Source: Hydrolagus affinis (lineage: Eukaryota). From it: a stretch of 64,000 nucleotides of DNA. Shown here one piece after another: positions 50,864-63,314 of the stretch. The translations under genes were made by a program, and so were the position numbers. The notes under the pieces were generated by a model. That model was not told the origin of the DNA. It saw only the letters and a program-made list of their open reading frames with translations, and searched no databases. Position 1 is the first letter of the stretch. Every line of letters starts with the position of its first letter. The stretch spans positions 1-64,000 of the forward strand of contig JAAILG010000229.1 of NCBI GenBank assembly GCA_012026655.1, given 5' to 3'.

Positions 50864-51016
50864 AGAATATTTCACTAGTGACGGTGAGTTCTAGGTGATC
50901 TTTAACTCGTGCAAAATACCATCATAACTCACTTGCAGTTGCAACACTTGTGAGTTATTGGTCTTTCACACTTGCAAAAGAACTGCCATAATTCACCGTC
51001 GCCAGCAAGATATTCT
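50864..51016. repeat. Imperfect ~150-bp palindrome (ancient hairpin element or MITE)
   Basis: AGAATATTTCACTAGTGACGGTGAGTTCTAGG pairs with CCATAATTCACCGTCGCCAGCAAGATATTCT. Inner ATAACTCAC (50924-50932) pairs with GTGAGTTAT (50950-50958). Confidence 0.7.
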
Positions 51017-52169
51017 CCATGTCTTATTTATTTATTTGCAACTTTAGTAGAAAATAATGCAGCTGTCGTCATTATATAAACAAACTACCAGCATTATAGT
51101 GAGAACACAAACCTAACAGCTAGCATATGGAGTGTTTGTTTGTGTGGAGACATACATATGAAAGAATGTGATACTTTGTTTTTCCCTCTGGGTTTGTCAG
51201 GACTCAGAAGATTTCTAAAAAGCAAATCCAGAAGTACAGCAGATCAAACCGTATTTGTTACTGAATGCCTTGGGGTTAGTGCATTGTACATTGCAGCTTG
51301 GCTCTCCTCATAAAAGCTGTATAAACAGAAGACTGTAGTATATGAAAGATATTGTTGAGAGTGCCTTCATATTTCATAAGGGATAAGCTATTGTGGAATA
51401 TTTTACTTTAGCTATTATTTGTGATGGTCTGATTCTCAAATGGTCAGTAAGGGAGTGTTCGCTGCATGTTCTTTGCTCAGTAAAGATTTTTGTTTGAAGT
51501 AAATCGCTTGATAAATGTGTAGCTGGCGAACCAGCGCCAGCCATCTTTACAAAGAAAAGCAATAGAGCAAAACAAAATGGTTTGGGAATACATGTTCTAT
51601 TGAAAGCATCTGCAGAAATAACGTATCAAAACATCAAATATGGGTTGAAAAAGCCAAGCTGTGCAAAGGAACAGTGGGGAAAGCCATCTCTCCTTGTGTA
51701 CGGTGGCAATGAACAGCTTATTTTATTGTTCACTGAATTTCTCAAACCCAAGGGACCAATCGACTCATTCGTTCCTAAATTTACCATTTAGCATTGTTTC
51801 TACAGCGCTCACTGGTTCCAGAACGATGCATTAAAGCATCATTATTGGAGGTGCGCGGGAATGAACTTTGGTAGCACAAAGTGAGATTGAGCGGGCAGTG
51901 GATGGCTTTTGGTCATGGCCTATTAAAGCAAATAAAGTATCCAAAGTCTTTTCTCCTTTTTATTAGTTTTTCTTCAGTAGAATTTCTTTCTCTTTTCCCA
52001 GTCTCACCCATCCCTTCCTTACCTTTATTAGCTTTTGATGATATAGAATTACGTAGACTGTACAGCAGTCATATTTGAACCATTGTTTATACGGTGCTCT
52101 GCATGTGCTCCCACCCCTCCTAATCCCCTCTTACATATCCCTGTATTAACGTGTTTCTCGTGTATACAT

Positions 52170-52285
52170 TGAGTTTTCTCTTAAATGCATTGATCTGATG
52201 CAAATACAGCTTCTGGCATTTAGCTCCACAATCTCAGCACCCTCCGTGTAATGAAATCCCTCCTAAACTCTCTTTAGGATCTGCT
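52170..52285 (-). mobile_element. CR1 ORF2 C-terminal remnant
   Basis: Antisense reads RDFITRRVLRLWS, resembling the CR1 motif FF.QRVV..WN.LP, and continues toward a F.K-like terminus. Confidence 0.55.
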
Positions 52286-53299
52286 GGCAGCTCTCTTATA
52301 TTTTACCTTATGTGATCACTTTGCAAGGTCTTTCAGTAAGATGTTTGTTTGCACAGAATAAAATGGTTGGCATTGCTCCTGCTCCATTGTTTCCATGGAA
52401 GAGGCTCGGCGAATTTGAATGTTGTGAGGAAATATACTTTATTTAAGGTGGGGAAAGGGGTGGGTTAGTGGTGTTTGCTGCTCCTTTCAGCTGCCACTCA
52501 GTGGTGGCACTTTTATTGGTAAAATGAATCTTTCATTTCATGAAAGTAGAGAAAGATGACATTAATTTTTTTGTAAAAAATCTATTCCCAGTGGGATCGG
52601 ATTATAGGTACCTTTTTGATGCCATTGTGGCAGTTTCCTGTTGACTAAATATGGTTATCATGTTGAAAACCTGAAACAGAAAGCTCTAAATCTCCAGGCA
52701 TGGTTATCATTGATGGGCCTATTTTGAAATGTATTAATTAAATTTCTAATGCAACTGTTTCTAAATTAACCTAACGATTTAAAATGGAACAGTGTGTTTT
52801 TAATTAATTAAACATGGCTGACAGGTTCATTAATTCTGACAATTTTAACTCCTTTGTCATTTTAAATGTGATTTTTTTTTAGGCCACATAAGGGCACTGT
52901 TTTAATGGGCAATTTTTTGAACCATGGAACCTGTAAATACAGTGGGATTGAACCCACCTTCCTCAGATAATACCTAATTTCTTCCATTTCACTTGCTCCA
53001 GATATGAGAGGGTAAAACCACATGAATCTGAATGTTGCTTTGATCGGTTCTGTGAGCTTCATTTTTCTTTGCCTCTTTTGTGACTTTAAAGACATTTCTG
53101 AACTAAATAGAACTAAGTAAACAATGTTAAATATTTTAAGTGAAGCCAGTGCATTGGATGGTTAACCAGAGGGCCTGGGAGTTTATATCAAAGCCTCAAT
53201 TCATATGAAAACCCATTTCCCTCATTGAATAACTTTCACCAGTCTATTCGGATAATAATGCAAGCATTGTATATTGTGTTGGCTCAAAGCAGTGCACAC

Positions 53300-53540
53300 A
53301 CAATCAGTTTACTTTGAAGTGTAGCAAATATCATGTTGGCATCTAATCTGCGCCATTAATAGGTCACAAATAGAAATGAGAGAAATTAACAACTGATCTA
53401 TTTTTTGGTATGAGTTGAATGATTGGGGAAATTCTTTGCCAGCACATCAGGAGAACTTCCTGCTCTTTCAAACAGAGCCCTGAGATAGTTAATTCCACCT
53501 GAACAGCAAGAAACGGGTAGATGGGATCTCGTTTTAATGC
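53300..53540 (-). mobile_element. Old Deu-SINE remnant
   Basis: 'ttgccagcacatcaggagaacttcctgctctttcaaacagagccctgagat...ccacctgaacagc...tctcgttttaatg'. Confidence 0.6.
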
Positions 53541-55299
53541 CACTTACTATCTCTATCAGACATGTTGGCCTGTGTATTCATGGACGTTCTGTACTCATGC
53601 TAGATTGTCTCTGCAATTATGTCAACAGAAGTTTGCCAAATTTGATTTTGTAAAAAAAAAAGTTGATGACCTGGAAACATTACAACTATGGTACAGTATA
53701 TATCTTTTTTTTAAAAGAAAACAGGATGTCTAACTTGTCTATCAGTTGAATTTTGTTCTAATCTTAATACCGTACTGACTTAATTTCAATAGACATGGGG
53801 ATATTTGCAGAAGTTAGCAGATTGGAACTTTAATATTTTTGCATATTTGATACTTAAAATTTCCATAATAATCCAGAATCCTAGCTACATTGCAATGCTT
53901 TATATATCAATATCATACAAGGAAACTAAAATAGTGATTAACAGTCTGAACTCCAAACAGCAGCCTTGTTATGTTTCGCACATGCTAGTTCATAATGAAA
54001 TTTCTGAAGCTCTGGCTGACCTGCTAATACCCAGTATAAGCTTAATGTGTGACTGTGCCAGCAGTAACCATCAGTACCTGTTCTAGTTTTATTGCATTTG
54101 CCTTAATTTGTGTCACGTTATGGGGCCTCTTAAATATTGTACTTTTAAAAAATTCTTTGCCAATTTTCCATCCCCAATATCCTTGCCATTTACCTATCCT
54201 GAAGATACTGAACTTTTTTTTTCTGCCACTGGATGTGTTGGTTAAAGATTATTCAACCCTTTTAGGCCTGGTGTGTGAAATGATGCACAAAGTCTGCAGC
54301 ATTGGCAGAATGCTTAAAAAGATGTAGCAATTTTCATTTATGGCACAGTAACACATAATGTCATCATATCAGTCTTGGTTTACATGCCAGCCGAATTGCA
54401 AATCAATACAAATCATTTTTTCTTTTTTTGACGATATTGATTATTGTACGTTTACCACAACCGCTGTCTTGGGATATTGTTCCATTTACCTACAAATCAT
54501 TTGATAGGACTTGGCATAAGGGTTTCCACGTTGGAGCAGGTTAAACATTTAATGCAGATGTTCGCAGAGAACTAGACTATCATTTTCTTTGAAAGAAACA
54601 ATAGCCTACATTAAGTTTAACCATTTCAGAAGTCCTAAGAGATCCTCTCTTGAGCTAGCCTGGATGCTGGAAATGGCACCACTGTGGTTTGATGAAATCT
54701 TTTCTTCTTCACCTTGTGTAAGATATCTTGGAATTCAAAGGGTTATTGTCCTGTAGAGTGCATTATTGGATTCAGGATTTTAGTTTAAAGTGCAGTGACT
54801 ATACTTTTTTTTTGCAGATGAGCGGAGCAACCAGTTTGTGTCCCACCTATATGGCGTTTGTGTTTTTTTTTGGTTGGGATTTTACATAATTTAACCTCTG
54901 TAAAGCTTATGGTGGTGAACCACAAACATCTTCATTATTTTTCACAATATAAAACATTGCAGCTTAATGACATTGATCTGCCTTTTGATAATGTAATATT
55001 TGTTTTAGCATTAGGGCATAATATCAAAGAGCTGTCAAAATCAGACTTTTTTGTTTTTTCCTTTGCAAGTACAGCGACCATTTGTGTTGTGGAATTACTG
55101 ATGAGGAGTCAATGAAATGTATTCCTGAAAGCTTAGCCATATCAGGTTGAGTCAGAACAACAGTAATAATGATGTCCACTGTTTCACTTACTGCTAAAAG
55201 GCCTTGTTCAGGGCTATTTAACATCACAATTGCTAACACTATGAAGCCATCTTCAGGAACTTTTGTTTTATGAAAGTGAAACATTATTTCTAACCAGCA

Positions 55300-55440
55300 T
55301 AAGGTGACTGTAAGCACAGTTGAAGAGGTAGGTCTTTAGGCTGATCTGAAGATGGGGAAGGAAGGGGCAAGGCGCAGGGATAGTGTTTTAGGGTGCAGTG
55401 GCTGAAAGTGTGGCCACTGATGGTGGAACAGACGACACCA
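55300..55440 (-). mobile_element. Degraded L2 3' fragment
   Basis: Antisense STISGHTFSHC and 'cagttgaagaggtaggtctttagg' (LKT.LF-like). Confidence 0.6.
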
Positions 55441-55595
55441 TGCTGAAGCGTATCCAAACCAAGTTGAAATTTTGTGAGTTCCACCTACACATGGAAATCC
55501 CAGAGATAGATTGTTGGAATGGAATGGGGGGAGTGTGGGGGGTGTGGGGGGAACGGGACATCTTCCTCACCTAATCCTGGAAAGTATTAAGGGGA

Positions 55596-55865
55596 AAGTT
55601 GGCAAGTACTGAGGCGTAGGGACTCTCCAGCGTGTATATTGGGATAACTGCTGGAGTTTAAATAGCTAAACTGGCACAGCTTGCCTTTGAGAGCACTATC
55701 TGACAAGCTTTCCCATTGCTTGTCCATCTAGGGCTTTGGCTTGTAGGGTTAACAGGAGCTGAGTGGGAGTTGCTCCTGCTCCCAGTGACATGTCTGGCCT
55801 ACCGATGAGCCAGACTGGCTGTGCTGTCACCAGCAGTGTCCTGTTGTGCTGCAAACCTGCTTGGC
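55596..55865 (+). repeat. Unclassified dispersed repeat, copy 1
   Basis: Collinear with 59648-59922, sharing AAGTTGGCAAG, GGGACTC, TTGGG..ACTGCT.GAGT, CTGACAAGCTTTCCC, TAGGGCTTTGGCTTG, CTCCCAGTGAC and CCGATGAGC.AG.CTGGCTG. Confidence 0.8.
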
Positions 55866-57519
55866 TCAGAAACTGGACTACCAGGATCGTCACAGAGGGC
55901 TGGTTTGATTCTGGCATTCAGTTGTCAAACATGTCACCTTAGAACCAGTTGCTCCCCCCACCCCACCCCCACCCGTCCCCTCCCCCCGGAGGTCGCACAG
56001 AGTGGTAGGGTGAGGATTCATTGCCGTGATTCCAAATCTCACAGTGTCTTCATATATAAAGAAAAAAGCAAGCATTGGCTGAGGTCTTTTTACCAGAACA
56101 GTAGACACATTGGAAGGAAACTCACCTTCACCAACTTCCCAGCTGCTAGAGTGATGACTGATCCGTGGCCTGAATGCTACGAAGGTACATAGATCAAAGA
56201 AGATTAATGAAAGAAAAGACCTGGCAATCCATGATGAAAAAATAAACATTTGGTGCCATGTTTAATTTTAGTGAGCACTTGTTTAAAAAAGTTGCAAGAA
56301 CTGCAATAGGAGCAAATAGGTAAATCACAGAGGTAGCCAAGCAAGCCCCAATAAAACATTTTTGAAATTAAAATAGTTCAAAGTAGGAAACTTAGAGTGT
56401 TTTAAATGGAGAGATTTGTTTCTAAATTAAATGCCTTTATTTTCCATGAGGTGGCTTACTACACTGTGATAAGTGAAGCTGTTATACCCATTGCACACTA
56501 GGGATTACTGTAGAAGAGTTGGGGGCTTTGCTGCACAGCCTGCACTGTATTATATTTGAGCTTCTCATGGTCTATCAATGGAAAATTACTCTGAAAACTC
56601 ACATAGCATCTCCAATCTTGTATCCAATACAACTAATACAATACAACTAAGCTTCCGTCATGTGAAGTTTTGAATAGCGAGGATTTAAAAGTCACTGGCT
56701 AAATGCAAAGGTAGCAGGCAAACACTGCCTCTCTTTGGAAAGCAAAGAACACCTGACTTATTGTGCCAGATACTTTAAAAATATTCAAATTTTCTTTTAA
56801 AAAGAAAGCTTACATCATTTTTAGTGTTCTGGCTCAAATGATCAAACATGTCAGTTCTTGCCAACCTTGTTGTGTTCTGAAGTTGAGGTCAACTTTGAGT
56901 CACCCTGTCTAGAAAATGGACCTCATAGCATTTCCAAATATATCAACCATGGTCTTGGTCTATATTGTACAAGTATGGATAGATTTTAATGATAAACTGT
57001 TGAGATGAAAGTTATGGAAGTAACTGAGTGTTTGTTTCGTCCCTAAAGCTGAGGTCATTATATTATGCTTACACTAACTTGTGCAATTTAAAGGGAAATA
57101 AACTACCTCACAGTTTAAAAACTGCAGCCACTTCATTTTATATACCCCACGGAGTAAATGTCTCTTAATGTGAAACCTTTTTTCCTTGTTATGTTCTTCA
57201 GACTACTTTGTGATATTACTGGGAGACATGCTGTAGTCTGTTCTTACTGCCGATATCACTAACTGGAGATTACTGCCTGCTGACATCAATATCATTTCCT
57301 GGTGTGGTGGGGAAAATGGTTAATCTAACCCCTGAATGAGCAAGGATCACTGCTTGGGGTTTAAAAAGATTACCTTTTAAATGGAACGAAGTAACATTAG
57401 ATGTTCATGCTGCATCTTTTTCTGTGCTGAATTTAACATTTCAGAAACATAGAAATTTCCTGCACAGAAGGGGGCCATCCAGTCACTGCTACCTGTATTT
57501 TGTTTTTTATTTGTATAAT

Positions 57520-57840
57520 TCGCTTCGCTGGGTCCAGTAACTCAGCGAATAAGTGAAGCACAGACGTTGACGTGCGGGTTGACACAATATGCATCAAGCA
57601 CCACTGACCTCACTTTGCGAAGGAAGAACAGCAGGAAGCAGCACGTGTACAGAGTACACGGGAAGTGGCGCCAGCAGAGCTTTGCGCGCATAACATCCAT
57701 GCGCAGGACATTGGCATCGACAACGCTTTCTGCTCATGCGTGCAGCATTTCAGGAAGTGACATCAGTGACGCATCCCGTTTACGCAAACAATATGTAGGA
57801 AATGGGTATTAGTCGTGACCTGATGACCTGGAAGTCTGAC
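57520..57840. promoter_or_regulatory. CpG-enriched promoter/enhancer-like patch
   Basis: E-box CACGTG (57642), ETS GGAAGT (57661, 57753, 57830), NRF1-like TGCGCGCA/CATGCGCA (57683, 57698), CRE-like TGACATCA/TGACGCA (57758, 57767), and a perfect DR2 TGACCTgaTGACCT (57816-57829). CpG density is visibly above the flanks. Confidence 0.5.
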
Positions 57841-58059
57841 ATTTCTGGGTGTGGAAAATGTAGTTGAATGTACCACTCTTTGGTTAGTGCTGGTCAACGG
57901 TACACCCATGCTACAAATGAGGCAGGATTCTTTCTGTAAAGAATAGAAATGCAACAAAAACTACTTGCTGTTGTATGGCACCCTTCATGTAGGTAGCATC
58001 TCAGAGCATTTAAACATGCTTTCTAATATACTGTACTTCACTTCTATTCAGAAGTTTTC

Positions 58060-58175
58060 AGCTGTAGCTCAATGGTTAAAGCATTCACCTTAAAGCGTGA
58101 GGAAACTTGCTCAAGGTTTCACACTATCTGGAATCGAACATAGGTCTGTCTAACCACTGAGCTGCAGGACTGCAC
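58060..58175. mobile_element. Two SINE tRNA-head remnants in inverted orientation
   Basis: CTGTAGCTCAATGGTTA (58062-58078, +) and TAACCACTGAGCTGCAG (58151-58167, -). Confidence 0.7.
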
Positions 58176-58551
58176 AATATAGATGAGATATTCATTGGCC
58201 TGATAAAGATTCCACCACACTATTTGTAACGATGATAGTTTCTGGTTACACTCCTCTAAATATTCACGTAAGAGCTATCTGTGGTACCCATGTGGGCAAT
58301 ATGGCTTGTACAATTGTCTACAAAAAATCCCTGCATTTTAAGGTTATTGCACAGCATTTTTAGATTTTTCAATGTAATACAGCACTATTTTTGATCACCT
58401 GGGTGCCTGACACATGCAGAAACCCATCACCATGCTTAAGATTATCTAAACCAAACTGAGAGTTCCATGCATTCCATCTACACATGCATATTTCTGAGTT
58501 ATTTATCAGAATGGAGAGACACATCCTGCTACCTAATACCAGAGAATATTA

Positions 58552-59645
58552 CAACATCAACAACTTTGATTTATATAGCGCCCTCCACGCCGGACCGCGT
58601 CTCAGAGCGCTTCACAATAATGGATGCCGGGACCGAGCCAGGTGCAGGGGTACAAAGGTGACTAAAGGCGCGATCGAAGAGAAAGGTCTTTAGCTGAGAC
58701 CTGAAACTGGGAAGAGAGGGGGCGAGGAGAAGGGAGTTCCAGAGGCTCGGGGCATAGTGGCTGAAGGCACGGTCGCTGATGATGGAGTGGAGGATTCAGG
58801 GGACAAGGAGGAGGCCAGACCCGGTGGAGCGAAGGAAATGGGTGCTGGTTTGAGGAGAGAGGAGGTCGGAGAGGTAGGGGGTGCAGAGGAGTGGAGGGAT
58901 TTGAAAACAAGGATGAAGATCTTGAAGTCGATCCTCTCTGGGACAGGGAACCAGTGAAGTCTGGCAAGGACTGGGGTAATGGGGGAGAGAAGTTTGGTGC
59001 AGGTGAGAATGCGGGCGGCAGAGTTTTGAATGAGTTGGATTTGATGGATTGTGGTGGAGAGGAGACTGGCGAGGAGGGCATTGGAATAGTCCAGCCGAGA
59101 GATGACAAAGGCATGGACCAGAGTTTCAGTGGCTTTTGGGGAAGGATATGGCTGGAGACGGGCGATCCGTCGGAGGTGGAAAAAAGTGGTGCTAGTGAGG
59201 GACCGGATATGGGGGAGGAAGGACAGTTGGGGGTTGACCTGATGTCTAGGTTGCGCATGGGTTCAGAGTGTTTTAAGGGCAGGCCGGGAAGGTGGAGGAG
59301 GTGAGAGCTGTGCGATTGAAGACGTTGACGAGAGCCAAAGAGTATGGCTTCTGTCTTGTCAACATTCAACTGCAGGATGTTCGCGCTCATCCAGCTCCTA
59401 ATGTGATGTCTGACAGGCAGGCTGACAGAACATCAGGGGACTGGGGTCGCAAAGTGAGGTGGAGAAATAGAGTTGGATGTCATCCACATATATATGGAAG
59501 TGCACCCCATGTCTACGGGTGACATCCCCAAGAGGGAGCATACAGATGAGGAAGAGGAGGGGGCCAAGGATGAATCCTTGGGGTACCCCGCAAGTAACTG
59601 GGTGAGAGCAGGAGGAAAAGTCGTTTATTGAGATGCACTGCTGGC
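58552..59645 (-). mobile_element. L2 LINE, 5'-truncated, with RT C-terminal half (frameshifted)
   Basis: VTCGVPQGFILGPLLFLICMLPLG...FHIYVDDIQLY (YADD-type site) and MSANILQLNVDKTEAILFG. The 3' region is closely similar to 32940-33642, and the tail lies at 58552-58615. Confidence 0.95.
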
Positions 59646-59647
59646 TC

Positions 59648-59922
59648 AAGTTGGCAAGAGGTAAGACTTGGGGACTCCAGACTGTGCGTTGGGGATACTG
59701 CTAGAGTCTAACCAGGTAAAACTGCATAGTTTACCATTGAACAACCTGCCTGACAAGCTTTCCCCCTGCTTTTCCAGCTAGGACATCCTGTCCGTTAGGG
59801 CTTTGGCTTGCTGAATGGGAAGAGTCCCTTCTCCCAGTGACTGGTCTGCCTTTCCAAGTTCTGCCGATGAGCTAGTCTGGCTGGGATTTTATCAGCACTG
59901 GAATACTGCGGACCCACCTGGC
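59648..59922 (+). repeat. Unclassified dispersed repeat, copy 2
   Basis: Homologous to 55596-55865 and abuts the 5' break of the L2 element. Confidence 0.8.
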
Positions 59923-61539
59923 ATAGGCACTTTTATAGCACTATAAAAATGCAAGCTCTTTCTAACAGTATTTTGGAAGGTTTGGGGATGTTAGCTGTTA
60001 ATTCTTTGCATCAGCTATTTTCTACTGGAATATAACTCCACAAATGGCATAAGAAGGATTTTGCAAAACTCTTGGCTTGGAAAATGTGTGCCATAATGAG
60101 AACATAGTGTTCTTGAATATTAATACAAACAAGTCAGCTAATGTATTGAGTACTAAACAGAACCTTTTTTGTAGGATTTCACATAAAGGTTTTTAAGTCA
60201 AGCTGGAAAGATGACCATCTAACAAGCTGCACTTTTGGGGCCAGTGCCACACTGCAAACTCCTAAAAGGGCAGAATAACATCTCTAATGTCAGCCTGACC
60301 TTGGCCGTAAGTACCGTCAGGTTATATGTGCAGCTGATACATCACCCACCTTGTGTTTGCAAAAATTTGTATTGGATTCTGTACCACTATTCAGTTTTCA
60401 TTTGATTGGTAGCAGTTGACCTGTTTTCTGCCTTTTGCTGCTCAAGAAAGTACATTTGGCTGTTGAAGTATAGTCTGTCTGTGAATGCATAGTATCCTGT
60501 CCTCTATTCCATGACAGTAGGAACAGCCAGTATAAATTGGCTCTCTCAACTTGAACCACCATACAAATGGTGCTGGTAATTTACCGACAGTATGATATAA
60601 TGAGGGTCTAGGAGTTGGTCAGAAATCATGAAGCTCTGGCGCATAGAGCAACACAAACAATCATTTTCTAGTTGTAGCAATTTATTATGTAATCTGTTCC
60701 CAGAAGTGCTCTAAAATCCAATGTGTAAGCGCACACCTTACCAAGTTTTTTTTCTAAGACCTGAATGCTTGGGTATGGCGTGTACACAATCATGTGAGCC
60801 ATCATTTGGTCGTTGTTGTAAAAGCAGATGCAATCTTAAGCAGATGGATTTTCCAGTCATGAGTAAAATCTCAGAACTCGTGCAAATGATAAATTGGGCA
60901 TAGTAACAAATAGCGGACTGGTAATTGTGGCAACTTAGGACAGCGAGGCTATCACAGATCAGTTTTTAAAAGTTTTGGGTCTGAGAATGATTGCTGAGAA
61001 TCATGTCACCTTCATTTTAAACACATGAAAACCATGTACCCTGGCTGTCATTTGCTGAACTGAAACAGAGAGAGCTAAACAGCACAGTGGATGCTTCATC
61101 AAGAATACTCATTCAGAATGATGAATGTGGCTAAACACACATTTGTCCGTAAAACTCTGTGAGTGGATGAGCATCATTAAGCATGAGAAATAGGTGTAGC
61201 ATGCTGAGAAGAGAGTGGTGCAAACAGATGTTGTGAATTTAAGCAGGCATCGTTCATCCTGTAGTCCATAGTTAATACATTTGAAGGTGATCCTTTCTCA
61301 TTGTTAATAAGCATAAACTGAGGAGATGCTAACCGTGGTAGCTAGCATTGATGTGTTACTGCATTTATGTGTTCAGGAAGTATAGGCTTCATTCATCATT
61401 CTTTAGTGTTTAAAAATGCCACATATATTATGTCTTACCAATTTTTTCTTTGTTTAATTTGCACTCGTGGAAGATGTTGGAGATGCAAATACACACGTGA
61501 CTCTGATTGCATTTTCAAGGGGTGGGGTGGCATGTCAAA

Positions 61540-61835
61540 TTGGGAAATCCTACCGACGTGAAAAGCGCTATACAAATGTAATCTCAGAGCTTCCACCAAT
61601 ATTGACAACAACAACTTTCACTTATATAATGCCCTCCACACCAGATAGCGCCTGAGAGCGCGTAACAGTGACAGAGCCTGACTCCGAGTCTGCAGGGGTT
61701 TTGGGGGGAGGTGGAAGAGGAAGGTTTTCATGTGGGACTTGAAAAGGGGGAGAGAGGAGGCAAGGCAGAGGGATTGAAGGAGAGTGTTCCACAGTTTGGA
61801 TACATCGTGGCTGAAAACGCGACCTCCAATGGTGC
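61540..61835. mobile_element. L2 tail (+, ~61540-61585) facing an L2 3' fragment (-, 61604-61835)
   Basis: 'gacgtgaaaagcgctatacaaatg', and antisense TIGGRVFSHDVSKLWNTL...FKSHMKTFLF with an (AAC)n tail. Confidence 0.85.
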
Positions 61836-61999
61836 CATAAAGGTTCCAATAACTTTTGTGCAAAATCCAAGTGAAGAAGAGAGCATTATTTGTACCTGAA
61901 CAAACAAATAAAATTGAAAACTTTTCCAATAGAATTATATGCATTTGCACTGCACGTCTCCACATTGGATTTCATTAAGGAACAGAGAAAAAAAAATCT

Positions 62000-62190
62000 G
62001 TTATCATTACATTAAGCTCTCATCACATCATCAGAACATCTCAAAGCGCTTCATAACATTTACTGCAGGCAAAATATGGACATGGGCATTATGTACTGTG
62101 ATCCATGCTATAATTCTATAATTCAGTTGATATTTTTGCAAAGAATAATAATTTTTGGCCAACTGACACATGTGGAAACCCATCACTACA
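62000..62190 (-). mobile_element. Old SINE 3' remnant
   Basis: 'catcagaacatctcaaagcgcttcata...tgcaggcaaa...ttttggccaac'. Confidence 0.5.
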
Positions 62191-63314
62191 CTTAAGAGTA
62201 TCCAAAGCAGAATGAGAGTTCTCCAAATATATGCCACCCCTGTGTCTGGAATGAGATGCCTGCTCTCTCCCCGGTGAGAGCCAATGCTTAGGGAGCCGAT
62301 TGTGTGCGTTAAGAATAATCGCGAGAGAGCATTTGCCTATCGTGGCTGGCTAATGTGATTTGCACTTGTATTGAGACGCCAACTGTCTGGAATGACTGCC
62401 CAGGGGCATCCCGAAGGTGTGAATTGCGTACAGGTTTCAGTATGTGACTGTACCTGTTTAATGCACCAGTGTGTAAACATTATGCAGTTCTGTGATTAAC
62501 ATGAGTTGCTGGGCAGCTGTGACCTAATCTCTCCGGAGTTGCATAGGAAATTTTTAGAATATGTCCATGCAGTGATGCATCACTGTGAAATGTTTTAATG
62601 ATATCCTGTCTTAGCTGTAATCTTTTTATACAGTACCCTTTTAATATAGTTATGTATTATTAAAAAGGAATGTGAGCTGCTTTTGCGGTATTGTGACTTT
62701 TGCTTCTGGCAGTTTATAGTTTCAATATGATTCAAATTGCGTCCTGTTAATTTACTTGTGTGTTACTTATTTTTGGCCTTACTATGATTAAAATTGTTTT
62801 CAAAATAATGCAGAAAACCTACGCCATTAGAGTAATGGAGACTTTGCTGCAGTGTTGAAATGCTTGCTTTGCTATTATAGGTTTACAAGACTAATCGTTT
62901 TATGATTATGGGGAGCAAGCTATTTTCATTATGTGCAGCTGCAAGCTCCATCTCTATATTTTTTAAACAATGTCATGTTTGTTTAAACAGGCTTTAGCTA
63001 ATGGCAATATTAGTTGCATGGGACAGAATGTGTAGAGTGAACTTTAAGAAGGAACTGGTGGAGAGAGGCACGTTTGAAGTGTCATTCAGTCACAGCATAA
63101 GCCTTTGCCAATTGTGACCTGGCTGAATTTGTGTCAGCCATTTTTGGGCACCTAATTATATGGACTAATGCCATATTATCTACTCTCTTCCTGCTCTTCA
63201 GAACCAGAGCTGTTTGAATGTTCTCTTCAGGGAGAAATTGAGTCAAACTTCCAGTTGCATGATCCACATAGTTGGCTTAAACTAACTCCTCATATTAGCT
63301 CCTCGTGTTACGAT

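Noticed and set aside
54800-54860. Strong-looking acceptor (T-tract + GCAG) followed by ATGAGCGGAGC
   Set aside because: No convincing donor or recognisable peptide follows, so there is not enough support for an exon.
58662-59390. Longest ORF in the window (242 aa)
   Set aside because: It starts in L2 ORF2 and slips into an alternative frame; it is a frameshifted LINE fragment, not a host gene.
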